From the human T2T-CHM13v2.0 reference genome, Homo sapiens, in the NCBI RefSeq assembly GCF_009914755.1, contig NC_060934.1: DNA of 64,000 bases, one strand, 5' to 3'. Positions 14,576-28,520 of this stretch are shown piece by piece. Each line of letters starts with the position of its first letter. Position 1 is the first letter of the stretch. The position numbers and the translations under genes were made by a program. Under the pieces are notes generated by a model. It ran no database searches and had not been told where the DNA came from. It was given only the letters and a program-made list of their open reading frames with translations.

Positions 14576-16744
14576 CAAGGCAATGCCACACTACGCTCAG
14601 AACTGGGGTTGTCCATTCAAATGTGGTTGAAGCCATAGAGTTGCAATATGCCTTATGGTTGTGTGCCCAACGTTTTAGACAAAACACTGTTTCTTTCCAA
14701 AGAGATATATATTTTTTAAATGTTGCAATATGTATGCTTGAGGAAAATAGCAAATGGCAGAGAACATAAGGAGGAGGCCTTGGATATGAAACTACCAACA
14801 AGTTTAGTCACTTTCTGAGCCTGGTTTTCACTGAATATTACACATGACCATGCCAGTCATTGCCAAAGACAATCACCAAGATTCTGCCTGGAGGAAGGTG
14901 CAAACTCTTTTTGCTCTGTCCATGGTCCTGAACAGGCAGCTCCCAAGGACTAACTGAAAACATGAATAAGGGGACTGAGTATATCTTCAGTCCTCTGCAG
15001 CTCTCCCATTCACAGGCTAAGCTGTTCTCGAATCTGTTCAGATGGGAACCATATTACGTAAGAGTCAATAATCTTACGGTAACTCTGCAGTGAAAATGTC
15101 ATTTGTTGTAATGAACACTGATCATAAGTTAAGCCTCCAGCTACTCTCTCTGTTATTTTTCATTATACTGTTCCTTGCTCTGTTATATTTCAGGAGTACT
15201 TGGGGAATTCATCCAACTATGTTCGCTAGTCAGCTCTTCGTTACCCAGATTAGATTCTGCTAAGATGCAATGGAGCAATTTGCAAACACACTGATTCTTA
15301 AGGAAATGCATCAGACACTGGTTATATATTCTCCTCTCCTGATGCCAGCAGGCAACCTTCCCCCCTCCTCTTCCCCCTGGTTATTTGTCCCCTTAATTTG
15401 CTATTTTCCTCTCTATTTATCTTCCACTCAGTTCACAGTATGGTTCTCCAGGCCCAAATCTGAGAGAGCATTAACAATGCATTTCTGGGTATTTTTTCCT
15501 TCAGTAATAACTCTTTGTTCAATTCAACACCCAGAATAATGTTTCCAAAATCATCATCGCCTCTCCCCCAGCTCTCACTTGCAAACACCACTCTGCTTAC
15601 ATTACAGTTATTCCCCCTCTGGCTGCTTTAAAGGACACTAACTCCAAAAGGCACACCAGTGAGGCAAAGCTGGAACTCTTCCATTTTTTAAAAAAGCCAA
15701 TATGAAAAATTCATTTTGCACGTTGTATATTAAGCATGAGAGTGGAATTTCCATATGTCTCTGTGCTTCCTGCTCCTGGAATTGCTTGTAAGCAGGCTGT
15801 GAGTCTCCACAGAGACCACCTTCCTGCCACGCCTCAGTGGTCATGACCAGCACAATGGTTCAGAGACTGTGTGGGTTCATGCCAAGAGTCGGCACCTTGT
15901 TCAGAAACACTAGTGGACTTCACCACTCTAACTTGGTGTAGGGCTTCATCCCATCCCCATCTGAGCCTGGGCATCTTTCGTTTTGATTAGACTATTAGCT
16001 CTGATCCTGGTTGCCACTGTGCTGGAGAATAAAATATTACAAAAATGACACTGGCAGACATCAAGAATCTGGGCTTGCCACCTTGGTTGTGATTTTAGGG
16101 CAGACTTGGCTGGGAATGTTCCCTTTTCAGGGAAATCTAGCTCAATGAACTGAAATGTATTCAGACAGGCATGTTGCAGTAATGCTATATTCTCTGTTAC
16201 TATACTTTCCTCCTGATATGCATCAGAGAAAAGCTGAGAAGAAACTTTTATTAAAATGTCTACAGCTCTTTAAAAAAAAAAAAAACAAAAAAAACAAACC
16301 TTTCCCCAGACATGACATCTTGCTTCTGGTGAGTGCAGAAGACTAACTACTGATGGATATGAAGATCACATGTGTGTAAAAATACATGAAACAATCTATT
16401 GCCAGGCTATATTCCTTGGGAATTGGAGGTTACAAGGCAAAACTACTGGGTCGGATTCAGGGGTACTCGCAGGGATTGTGGGCAATAGCATTAACGCCAG
16501 AAAAATAAAAGTTCAAAACATGGGTAAGGAATAATGTTAGTGCTGAGATGAGCTATATAACCCTAACATTTAGGAACAAGAAGTACAAAGTAGGTAAGCA
16601 AAGCTCCCCCGTACTTAATGGAAATAATCATGCTTAGCAGTTAATTCACCAATATCTAAATTTCAAATTAGGTATAACATATAAAAACTGTAAACAAGCA
16701 AAAATAATCTGAAAATGTTGTAGATGTTAAATCAAGAACCAGGT

Positions 16745-17134
16745 AGTCCATGTTCTTACTAACTTGTGGGATCTAAAAATCAAAGCAATTGAACTCATGG
16801 AGATAGAGAGGAGAAGGATGGTGACCGGAGGCTGGAAGGGGTAGTAGGGGGCTGGGAGGAAAAGTAGCAATGGTTAATGGTTAAAAAAAAAAATAGAATG
16901 AACAATAATTAAATGAGGCACTATAGTCCCCCCACCACAAGAGAATTGTAATCAATAATTTACACTTAAAAATAAGAGTATCAATGGATTGTTTGTAACA
17001 AAGACAAATGCTCAAAAGGATAGATACCCAATATACCAAGATGTGATTATTACACATTGCATGCCTGAGCCACAGTATCTCATATTCCCCATAAATACAT
17101 ACACCTACTGTGTACCCACAAAAATTAAAAATAA
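16745..17134 (+). mobile_element. L1MA-type 3' UTR fragment
   Basis: TGAACTCATGGAGATAGAG...ATGTGATTATTACACATTGCATGCCTG...TGTACCCACAAAAATTAAAA. Confidence 0.8.
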
Positions 17135-17332
17135 GCTTTTAAAAGAGGAAACAGCCACTTTTTGATATGCACCAGAAGACAAAAAGCAAGCTGCCTTAGA
17201 TGACAGACAATAAATAGACTTACCCCAAATTCAAGAGGACTCACTAAGGAATAGATCACCATGCAGAGCCACCGAGGCAAGAATCGTGAACAGGTCTGAG
17301 CCTCATTTACTCATATCTAAAATGGGCATTCC

Positions 17333-20300
17333 CTGCCTTACAAGAGCTCCTGAGGAAGCACTAAATATGGAAAGGAAAAATTTGTAACAGCCACTGCAAA
17401 AATATAACAAAATATAAAGACCAAGGACACTATGAAGAAACTGCATCAACTAATGTGCAAAATAACCAGCTAGCATCACGATGGGATCAAATTCACACAT
17501 AACAATATTAACCTTAAGTGTAAATAGGCTAAATGCCCCAGTTAAAAGACACAGACTGGCAAAGTGGATAAAAAGTCAAGACCCATTGGTGTGCTGTATT
17601 CAGGAGACCCATCTCACGTGCAAAGACAAACAAAGGCTCAAAATAAAGGAATGGAAGAATATTTACTAAGCAAATGGAGAGAAAAAAAAAAGCAGGGGTT
17701 GCAATTCTAGTCACTGACAAAACAGACTTTAAACTAAAAAACATCAAAAAAGACAAAGAAGGGCATTACATAATGGTAAAGGGATCAATGCAACAAGAAG
17801 AGCAAACTATCCTAAATATAAATGCACCCAATACAGGAGCACAGAGATACATAAAACAAGTTCTGAGAGACCTACAAAGAGACTTAGACTCCCACACAAT
17901 AGTAGTGGGAGACTTTAACACCCCACTGTCCATACTAGACAGATCAACAAGACCGAAAATTAAGAAGGATATTCAGGACTTGAACTCAGCTCTGGATTAA
18001 GTGCACCTAATAGACATCTACAGAACTCTTCACTCCAAATCAACAGAATATACATTCTTCTCAATGCCACAGGGCACTTATTCTAAAATCAACCACACAA
18101 TTTGAACTAAAACGCTCCTCAGCATGTGCAAAAGAATGAAATCGTAACAGTCTGTCAGACCACAGTGCAATCAAATTAGAACTTGGGATTAAGAAACACT
18201 CAAAACTGCACAACTACATGGAAACTGAACCTGCTCCAGAAAGACTCCTGGGTAAATAACGAAATTAAGGCAGAAAAAAGTAAGTTCTCTGAAACCAATG
18301 AGAACAAAGAGACGACATATCAGAATCTCTGGGATGTAGCTAAAGCAGTGTTTAGAGGGAAATTTATAGCACTAAATGCCCACATCAGTAAGCTGGAAAG
18401 ATCTGAAATCAACACCCCAACGTTACAAGGAAAAGAACTAGAGAAGCAAGAGCATACAAATTCAAAAGCTAGCAGAAGACAAGAAATAAGATCAGACCAG
18501 AACTGAAGGAGTCAGAGACAGGAAAAACCCTTTAAAAAAACCAGTAAACCCAGGAGTTGGTTTTTTGAGAAGATTAGCAAAATAGACCACTAGCTAGACT
18601 AACAAAGAAAAAGAGAAGAATCAAATAGACAAAATAAAAAGGGGATATCACCCCTGATCCCACAGAAATACAAACTACCATCAGAATACTATAAACACCT
18701 CTACTAAAACTAGAAAATCTAGAAGAAACGGATAAATTCCTGGACACACACCCCCTCCCAAGACTAAAGCAGGAAGAAGCCAAATCTCTGAAGAGACCAA
18801 TAACAAATTCTGAAATTGAGGCAGTAATTAATAGCCTACCAACCAAAAAAAAAAAAAAAAAAAAAAAAACCCCAGGACCAGATGGATTCACAGCCAAATT
18901 CTACCAGAGACAAAAAGAGCTAATATCATTCCTTCTGAAATGATTCCAAATAATAGAAAAAGAGGGACTCCTCCTCAACTCATTTTATGAGGCCAGCATC
19001 ATGCTAATACCAAAAACTGTCAGAGAGACAACAAAAAAAGAAAATTTCAGGCCAATATTCCTGATGAAGATCAACAGGTGAAAATCCTCAATAAAATACT
19101 GGCAAACTGAATCCAGCAGCACATCAAAAAGCGTATCCACCAAGGTCAAGTAGGCTTCACCCCTGGGATGCAAGGCTGGTTCAGCATACGCAAATCAATA
19201 AAAGTAATCCATCACATTAACTGAATCAAGGACAAACACCACATGATTATCTCCATAGATGCAGAAAAGGCCTTTGATAAAATTCAACATCCCATCATGC
19301 TAAAAACTCTCAATAAACTAGGTATTAATAGCACATATCTCAAAAAGATCTGTTTATGACAAACTCTAGCCAATATCATACTGAACGGGTATTCCCTTTG
19401 AAAAATGGCACAAGACAAAGATGCCCTCTCTCACCACTCCTATAGTATTGGAAGCTCTGGCCAGGGCAATCAGGCAAGAGAAGGAAAGTATTCAACTAGG
19501 AAGAGAGGAAGTCAAATTGTCTCTGTTTGCAGATGACGTGATTGCATATTTAGAAAACCTTATTGTCTCATCCCCAAAACTCATTAAGCTGATAAGCAAC
19601 TTCAGCAAAGTCTCAAGATACAAAATCAATGTGCAAAAATCACAAGCATTCCTATACACTAATAATAGATAAGCAGAGAGTGAAATCATGAGTGAGCTCC
19701 CATTCACAATTGCTACAAAGAGAATAAAATACCTAGGAATCCACCTTACAAGGGATGTGAAGGAACTCTTCAAGGAGAACTACAAACCACTGCTCAAGAA
19801 AATAAGAGAGGACACAAAGAAATGGAAGAACATTCCATGCTCATGGATGGGAAGAATCAATATCATGAAAATGGCCATACTGCCCAAAGTAATCTATAGA
19901 TTCAATGCTATTCCCATCAAGCTACCATTGCCTTTCTTCACAGAATTAGAAAAAAACTACTTTACCTTTCACATGGAACCAAAAAAGAGCCCATATAGCC
20001 AAGACAATCCTAAGCAAAAAGAACAAAGCTGGAGGCATCATGCTACCTGACTTCAAACTATACTACAAGGCTACAGTAACCAAAACAGCATGGTACTGGT
20101 ATCAAAACAGATATATAGACCAATAGAACAGAACAGAGACCTCAGAAATAACACCGCACACCTACAACCATCTGACCTTCGACAAACCTGACAAAAGCCA
20201 TGGGGAAAGGATTCCCTATTTCATTAATGGTGCTGTGAAAACTGGCTAGCCATATGCAGAAAACAGAAACCAGACCCCTTCCTTACACCTTATACAAAAG

Positions 20301-21472
20301 TTAACTCAAGATGGATTACAGACTTAAATGTAAAACCCAAAACCATAAAATCCCTAGAAGAAAACCTAGGCAATTCCATTCAGGACATAGGCATGGGCAA
20401 AGACTTCATGACTAAAACACCAAAAGCAATGGCAACAAAAGCCAAAATAGACAAATGGGATCTAATTAAACTAAAGAGCTTCTGCACAGCAAAAGAAACT
20501 ACCATCAGAATGAACAGGCAACCTTCAAATGGGAGAAAATTTTTGCAATCTACCCATCTGACAAAGGTCTATTATCTAGAATCTACAAGGAACTTAAGTA
20601 AATTTACAAGAAGAAAACAACCCTACCAAAAAGTGGGCAAAGGATATGAACAGACACTTCTCAAAAGAAGACATTTATGCAGCCAACAAACATGAAGAAA
20701 AGCTCATCACCACTGGTCATTAGAGAATGCAAATCAAAACCACAATGAGATACCATCTCAGACCAGTTACAATGGCAATTATTTAAAAGTCAGGGAACAA
20801 CAGATGCTGGCAAGGCTGTGGAGAAATAGGCACACTACTACACTGTTGGTGGGAGTGTAAATTAGTTTAACCATTGTGGAAGTCAGTGTGGCGATTCCTC
20901 AAGGATCTAGAACCAAAAATACCATTTGACTCAGCAATCCCATTACTGGGTATATACCCAAAGGATTATAAATCATTCTACTATAAAGACACATGCACAC
21001 GTATATTTACTGCAGCACTATTTACAACAGCAAAGACTTGGAACCAACCCAAATGCCCTTTGATGATAGACTGGATAAAGAAAATAGGGCACATACACAC
21101 CATGGAATACTATATACACCCATAAAAAAGAATGAGTTAAAGTCCTTTGCAGGGACATGGATGAAGCTGGAAGCCATCATTCTCAGCAAACTAACACAGA
21201 AACAGAAAACCAGACACCACATGCTATCACTCATAAGTGGTAGTTGAATGATGAGAACACAAAGACACAGGGAGGGGAACTCACACACTGGGGCCCGTGG
21301 TGGGGTAGGGGACAAGGAAAGGGAGAACATTAGTACAAATACCTAATGCATGTGGGGCTTAAAACCTAGATGATGGTTCATACGTGTGGCAAATCACCAT
21401 GGCACATGTATACCTATGTAACAAACCTGTGTGTTCTGCACGTGTATCCCAGAACTTTAAAAAAATTATAAA
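17333..21472 (+). mobile_element. 5'-truncated LINE-1 (L1PA7/8-like): end of ORF1, disrupted ORF2, 3' UTR
   Basis: ORF fragments match L1 ORF2p (SHITILTL...CCIQETHL endonuclease; LSLFADD reverse transcriptase; KYLGIHL); multiple stops and frameshifts; 15-bp TSD TAAAATGGGCATTCC at 17318-17332 and 21473-21487; inserted into a MIR. Confidence 0.97.
17481..21247 (+). pseudogene. Non-functional L1 ORF2 (endonuclease/reverse transcriptase) remnant
   Basis: ORF-track pieces at 17481, 17674, 18183, 19421, 19688, 20393, 20874 and 20993 are consecutive ORF2p segments in shifting frames. Confidence 0.93.
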
Positions 21473-22599
21473 TAAAATGGGCATTCCACCTGCTACCTAA
21501 TAGAGTAGTTATGAGGACTGAACATCAGGTACTTAGCACCTCATTGAGAATGATTCCCTTAGAGGACAATGTTTACAATTCTGACCAAAATACTCAAAAC
21601 ACGTCTACTATGAAGTGCTAAGAAATTAAAAATGAATGGCAAGACAGATGGAAGCCTGCTTCAGAAAAATATTACTTGATAGAATACTCACGTAGTTTAC
21701 AAAATATTCTATGCCTTCTGCCAGCAGCAAGCATCTACCTGGCAGTATGTGACAGAGAGTAGCATGTTTTCACCTCACAGTCTTCTCCACGTGGTTCCAG
21801 ATAGGAGTCTTCACTAGGGAGAGCTGATGGTGACATGATCTACCATCAATGTCCCCTCTGTGATGTCAACGGGAACAACTGCTGTGATTCACAGTGAACC
21901 AATCTAGGCACATCGGGTTCCCTGCTCTTTCTCTTGGGAGGTACCACTTAATCTCACCCCAGTGTAGCATTAAAACAGAAACAGAGGGAATGAATCAACT
22001 GTCCTGCTTCCCATCAGTAGGTATCTTCACTGGGTTCCCTAAGGAAGTGCCTCGTGTGTTTCCTTGAACAAAAGGTGGCAGGACAGAGCCCTCAGCTCAA
22101 TGGTACATCAAATAAACTCTGAAAGACTCCTGAGCCTAGACTTATGGACACATGGACAGAATATGGTCATTTCTTAGCTAGAGTTACAGAGAAAAAGCAA
22201 CTTTGGCAGTTATGTTAGCTATATCTATCTCCCTTCACTTTTAACTTACAAATTTCATTTTCCAAAGAAGTAAAAATATATTGCAACCCATTTAGAAATT
22301 CACAAGGGAGTTCAAAAGAAAACTGCAGAAGTATCCCACTTAAACATAACTTCTGCTTCTATTTTCGTATATTTCTTTCAAGTTTTCATCCAAGGTACTT
22401 AAAAAAACAAACCAGTAACAATCACAGGGTGCCAACAGGTTTATACATTTATATAAAAATTATGACATCAGTATACCACATACTCATAATTATTGACAGG
22501 CTACCTATGAATTCATGCTATGTTTCATAATTAACGTGAACATTGCTCTGTTTTGGGGGAAACTGCTTCAAATATTCTGCTTTATCAGAATAGCAATGT

Positions 22600-22745
22600 C
22601 AGTGGTGTGGCTTTGAGCAGGTTATTTAACCTATCTGAGGTTCAGTTTTTCTCATAAAAAAGTAGGGATCAATAATATTAACCAGCAACATTAAAGTGTT
22701 GTGAAAGTTAAAAGCGAAAATGCACTTTAAGTATCTTGAAAAAAT
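22600..22745 (+). mobile_element. MIR fragment
   Basis: GTGTGGCTTTGAGCAGGTTATTTAACCTATCTGAGGTTCAGTTTTTCTCAT. Confidence 0.7.
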
Positions 22746-23051
22746 GTAGGCTGCTGTTGATGTCAATAGTGGATGATAGTGAAGTAATTTCTCACGGAGT
22801 TTTCTTGAAAGGAATCACATCTACATATAAGCAAAAAACAGTGAGGAGGGGAGGGAGGATCTGCTCTTTCATTTACACATGAGATTTCTTTGGGAACTGA
22901 CATTCAGTGGGGAGACCTAACTCACCTCTACAGTGGGGGAACCAGATGTGGCCTCAGCAGGTCTCACGAGAGGTCAAGACAATCTTCCATTTTTGCGGGA
23001 GGGGAGTTACTGGCATATGTACAAAATGTTAAAAAAAAAAAAAAAAGTCTC

Positions 23052-23335
<284 letters not shown>

Positions 23336-23589
23336 TCAAAAATGGTAGTGAATTTTATTTTGTAAAAAATTCCTCCCTCTCTTCTTTCCATTTTGAACAA
23401 CAATGCAAACTGGGCAGTCCTGAAACCAGAATAGGTGCAGAGAGACTCTAAAAAATTCCCTTGCAGTGTTTTTTCAATCTGCGTACTTAACCAAGTAACA
23501 GTTTAAGACCAAGGACACACAGAAGAATTAAAGCAACAAAATGACTTATGTGTGACTTATTTGTGACACAGGCACAGTAGTAACCTGTG

Positions 23590-23785
23590 CAATTCTGCCT
23601 CTGCCAGGGGATATTTGGCAATGTCTAGGGATATTTTTGGTTGTCAATTGTCACACCTTGGGCGCCTGTGGGGGTGTGTTATTGGCATCTAGCAGGTGGA
23701 GATCAGGGATGCCACTGAACATGCCACCCTGCACAGGACATCCTGGCCCAAAACATCAAGAGTGCTAAGGCTGAAAATTTCTGGT
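23590..23785. mobile_element. MER20 DNA transposon MITE
   Basis: GGGGATATTTGGCAATGTCTAGGGATATTTTTGGTTGTCA...GGCATCTAGCAGGTGGAG. Confidence 0.8.
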
Positions 23786-23974
23786 GTAAGAAAAACTTAC
23801 AGGTAAAATTAAATCTGAGGCCCCTACGAATATTAACACTATGGACACTGGCTCTGTTTCCCGTACCCAGCCTCAGTCCCTGAAATGTAACATTTCCTTC
23901 CAGTAGTGGTTCCCAAAGGTGTTGTATGAGAAGATTCTATGTGTACACTGATGCAAGTTGTCAATTTTAATGAC

Positions 23975-24340
23975 TGTATTAGTCTGTTCTCACACTGCTA
24001 AGAAAGACATACCCAACACTGGGTAATTTATCAGGAAAAAGAGGTTTAATGAACTCACAGTTCCACATGATTGGGGAAGCCTCACAATCACGGTGGAAGG
24101 TGGAGTAGGAGCAAAGGCACATCTTACATGGCGGCAGGCAAGAAAGCTTGTGCTGGGGAACCCCTCTTTATAAAACCATCAGATCTCATGAGACTTATTC
24201 ACTATCACAAGAACAGCATGGGAAAAACCTGCCACCCATGATTCAGTTACCTCCCACTGGGTCCCTCCCACGACACATGGGGATTATGGGAGCTACAATT
24301 CAAGATGAGACTTGGGTGGGGACACAGCCAAACCATATCA
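23975..24340 (-). mobile_element. THE1-family (THE1C/D-like) MaLR solo LTR
   Basis: TGTATTAGTCTGTTCTCACACTGCT...GACACAGCCAAACCATATCA; perfect 5-bp TSD ATGAC at 23970-23974 and 24341-24345. Confidence 0.92.
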
Positions 24341-24470
24341 ATGACTATGTATGTAATTTTATTGATAGCAAATTAAACCTAGTTTTCATTTAGAATACTG
24401 CTATAGTTTTTTAGAAATAAATTTGAGAACTGAACTTATTAAAGGAAAAACATTATAACAATACAGGTGC

Positions 24471-24605
24471 CTTGCTTGAGGGAATGGATACTCCATTCTC
24501 CATGCTCTGATTATTTTGTACTGCATGCCTGTATCAAAACAACTCATGTACCCCATAAATATACATACCTACTAAATGCCCACAAAAATTAAAATTTTAA
24601 AACCC
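24471..24605 (+). mobile_element. Short L1MA-type 3' end
   Basis: CTCATGTACCCCATAAATATACATACCTAC tail; TSD CAATACAGGTGC on both sides. Confidence 0.8.
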
Positions 24606-25501
24606 CAATACAGGTGCTGTTTCAATATGACAAAATACCTCCCCTGAAAAAGTGTTTCTGTGCTTACTTTGTGTTTTTATATAGATACTATTCACATTGG
24701 CTGTTTAACAGATTCAACTGGAGGCTGATGATGACGTGAGGTCAACAAACTTCTCCAAGCTCCAAAATGAAAAACAAAAGCATAGATCCACCATTTCCAA
24801 GGTTTCTTTTTCTGAAGAGAACTGTGCTTGTAACAATATATTCAGGGATTTCAGAACCATTGCATTAGGGAAGCGTTCTAAAGAGGGCAACTGATGTTGA
24901 CTTTAGAACAGCAGGCAGAGTTCTGGAAAACACTCTGAAAAAGTGCTCATGTGGAAAAACAATTTCTCTGGATATGTGATTTTATTGAAAAAGGCTATAA
25001 ACTAGGGCTACAGAGGGTTTACACACACACATACACACAGGTGCAACCTGAACTAAAATTAGCACTCAGTGAGAATAGATATGGGAAAAAAAATGTTGAA
25101 TGGCAGAGTTCGAGGAGAGAAAAGCATATCAAACTGAGCTCCCTGAAAGATGAGCCTAAATCTACAAAGGATAAGCCTTTGTGAATCACCACGGCCCAGG
25201 ATCAAGGTTAAGGATCCTTGCCCTTGAGGTGTTCTTGGATGATTTAAAATAAATGCTACTCATGAAAGTTTATCAAGGAGCAAGCAGAGTCACAGACTGC
25301 CTGGCCTCAGGGCCCCTGAACAGGACCCACAGCGCTCTGGCAAGCTAATTTAAAAGAACTGCAATTTTGCAGATACAATTCAATGATCTGAATGTCTAAG
25401 TATGAAATTAGGAGAGAGCTGCATGTGAGACTACAACTCAACTTGAAAAAAACTGTAATAATTAACACACTGTGTAAATCAAGAAAAAGTACATTCTAAT
25501 C

Positions 25502-26280
25502 TTTTTTTTTTCCCCCAACTTTCATTTTAGATTCAGGGGGTCCATGTAGAGATTTGTCACCTGGACAAAATGTGTGATGCTGAGTTTGGGGTACTAATGA
25601 ACCCATTGACCATGTACTGAGAATAGTTTTTCAATAGTTTTTCAAACCTTGCTCCCTCTCTCCCACCTGCCTCTAGTAGCCCTCAGTTTCTATGGTTGCC
25701 ATTTTTTTGTCCATGAAGACCAATGTTTAGCTCCCACTTATAGGTGAGAACATGCAGTAATCTGGTTTTCTGTTTCTGTGTTAATTCGCTTAGGATAATG
25801 GCCTCCAGCTCCATATGTTGCTGCAAAGGATGTAATCTCATTCTTTTATGGCTGTGTAGTATTCAGTGGTATATATGCATCACATTCTTTTCATCAAATC
25901 CAGCACCGATGGGCACCCAGGTTGATTCCATGCCTTTGCTATTGTGAATAGTGCTGCAACAAACACACGAGTGTATGTGTCTTTATGGGAGAATGATTTC
26001 TTTTAGATATATACCCACCAATGGGATTGCTGGGTTGAATGGTAATTCTGTTTTAAGTTCCAGTAATCTCCAAACTGCTTTTCACAGTGATTGAACTAAC
26101 TCATATTCCCACCAGCAGTATATAACCATTCCGTGTTCTCTGCAGCCTCGCCAGCATGTTGTTTTTTGACATTTTAATAACAGCCATTCTGACTGGTGTG
26201 AGATAGTATCTCACTGTGGTTTTAACTTGCATTTCTCTAATGATTAGTGCTGTCGAGTATTTTTTCATGTTTGTTGGCCC
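25502..26280 (-). mobile_element. L1 3' fragment (L1PB/old L1PA-like)
   Basis: poly-T, 3' UTR (CTCCCACTTATAGGTGAGAACATGC) and ORF2 C-terminal IIREMQVKTTVRYYLTPVRMA on the minus strand. Confidence 0.9.
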
Positions 26281-28279
26281 CTCATTACAACTTATCTTCA
26301 TAAAACCCTTCTCCAGTTACAAGAGATTCAAGAAACTAGAATTCAGTGGATATTAATACATCAGTGTCAAGAGACATTAAAACATAGGTTTTAAGGTGCT
26401 TCTTTTTGAGCTCTTGCTCCTGGCTCCTTAGATCTTAGACCTTGGGCTCTGAAGTCAAAATGAGTATGAAACCCAGTTCTGCTTCTCAGTCTAAGGGCTC
26501 ACATTCAGTCTTCTGTTTGTAAAAAGGGATTACCCATAACTAGGTATTGTTCTAGGTACAATTTTATGACGTGCTGGGTGGTCATGTCAACTACACATAG
26601 TGTATTGAGTCCCCTCTTTGACCACTTCCCCGCCCTCTAGCTCAGGGTATCAGGTCCCTGCAGGAGGCCAAGCTTGCACATGTGTGTGTGTGTCTGTAAG
26701 TGTGAACAGAGTCAACAATATCAATAATGTAATGGCTGGTAGACCGACTGAGAGCTGAAGGGCTGGAGTAGACATCCCAGCTCAATGCCAGTTACTTCCC
26801 TTTCTGGTCCCACTGCCCTAACCTCTTTCCTTCCACCTCTGTGGCTGCCCATCACTCCTCACCTTTTGGAAATATGATCCCTCCTCCTGAGAGCCCAGTT
26901 CTAGCCATCCCAACTATTTCTGCCCATGACTGTCAATCCTCCCTCTGAACTCCAGCTTTCAGCCTGCCAGGTGGTCCGTAACCACCCTTGTGCCCCAGAC
27001 TCCCAGGGGTATGATACCCTCCCATCACTTACACTAGCTCACTACTGCAACCCCAGAGCAGGAAGGGCACCAGTGTAGTTTGAAAAGCTCCCTGACCCCC
27101 ATAATGCGACACTTCTCTTATTCACTCATAGTGTTGTGAAAATGCTTTGACCTCTCTCTCTGAAATACTGGCTCTCTATCTGTGCACACTCTTTGATTAG
27201 GTGGAGATTCTGAAGGCAAAGACAGAATCTTACAAATCTCTGTCCACATAGTCTGGTCCCATGCACACAAGGTATATTTAATAGGTAATTGCTCATGGGC
27301 TGATTGATTAAAAAAAGTTCAGACTGACTCCCGTCACAGGTTCCTAAGAAGAAATATACCATGAAACTGAAGGCTACAGCTGGCTTCCTAATTAATATTA
27401 GTCACTTTGCAGTTCTTAATTAAGAACTCTAAAATAAAGACCCACCTTTCCACCATGCCAAGTGGGTATCACCTTCATTAGTATTTAAGTGATGTAGCCA
27501 CAACTTCATTTTTATGCTCTTTTCTCTGCCCTGCCAGATGGGAACATTAGCTGCATAGTATTTATTAATATAATAAACAAAGACAAGTGCAGAAACTTGG
27601 GGAAATTCAGGCAGAATCCGTCACTTGTACTCTTTTACTGCAAGCTTTTCATGTAAGCTGAAGGAAGCCTTCTCTTGTCCTGCTCCTGAGAGGAAGTGAG
27701 CCAGACTGGACTTGGGAAGCAGACTCTCTCCCAGTCACCAACTGGGAAGAGCTTCTGTCTCGTGGGGTCTGGTTTGTCTTCACCAGGCCCGCCCCTACCC
27801 ACTCTCATGATGGCCGGAGGCTCACCTATCCCTGCCTCACGAAAACAGTGGGGACTTTTTAAACTAGAAAAGATCTCAACAGAAAAATCTCACCATCCTC
27901 AAGATAATCATGCATTCACTGAAAGAAGCAAAGCGGTGTTCCTGTGACGGCAGGGTCCCCAGTGCGTTCTGATCGGGAAACCCACGACACGTTTCCAACT
28001 CTGTACAGAAGCATCAACCATGACTTGGTAAGGCTGCTACCTGCTTCAAGGCCCTGAAACAGGCATCACTGAGTGACCCACATCAATGTCCTGGTGGAAG
28101 TGTCCCCTGTCAGTCTCAAAAATGTCTTTGCCTGGCCAATAAATTATTTGCTCACCTTACTTATCAGGTAATGAGAAAGAAAGTGGACGGAAATCAAGAC
28201 GAGGTGGGTGAATGGCATCAACAGGTTATACACACCCATCCTCTTGAGGGCCCATTCTGGTCTAAGGAGTAGGAGCAAG

Positions 28280-28450
28280 AGGTTGGGCTTTGAAGTCAAC
28301 ACAAGATTGAAATCAATCCAGTTCTTCTCATAGGCTGGTTGACTGGGGAAAGGGCTCAGACTCAGGCTTCCTGTTTGTGAAAAGGGATTACTCACAACTA
28401 ACTACACTGCAGGGCTGTTGTGAACATTCGGTAACATACACAAAACACTG
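28280..28450 (+). mobile_element. MIR fragment
   Basis: GGGCTTTGAAGTCAAC...CTCAGGCTTCCTGTTTGTGAAAAGGG...AGGGCTGTTGTGA. Confidence 0.55.
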
Positions 28451-28520
28451 GGGCATGGTATTACAGCTGGCAAGAGATGGGATGGGCGCTCAGTGCATTT
28501 CAACCAATCCTTTTCCTTTT

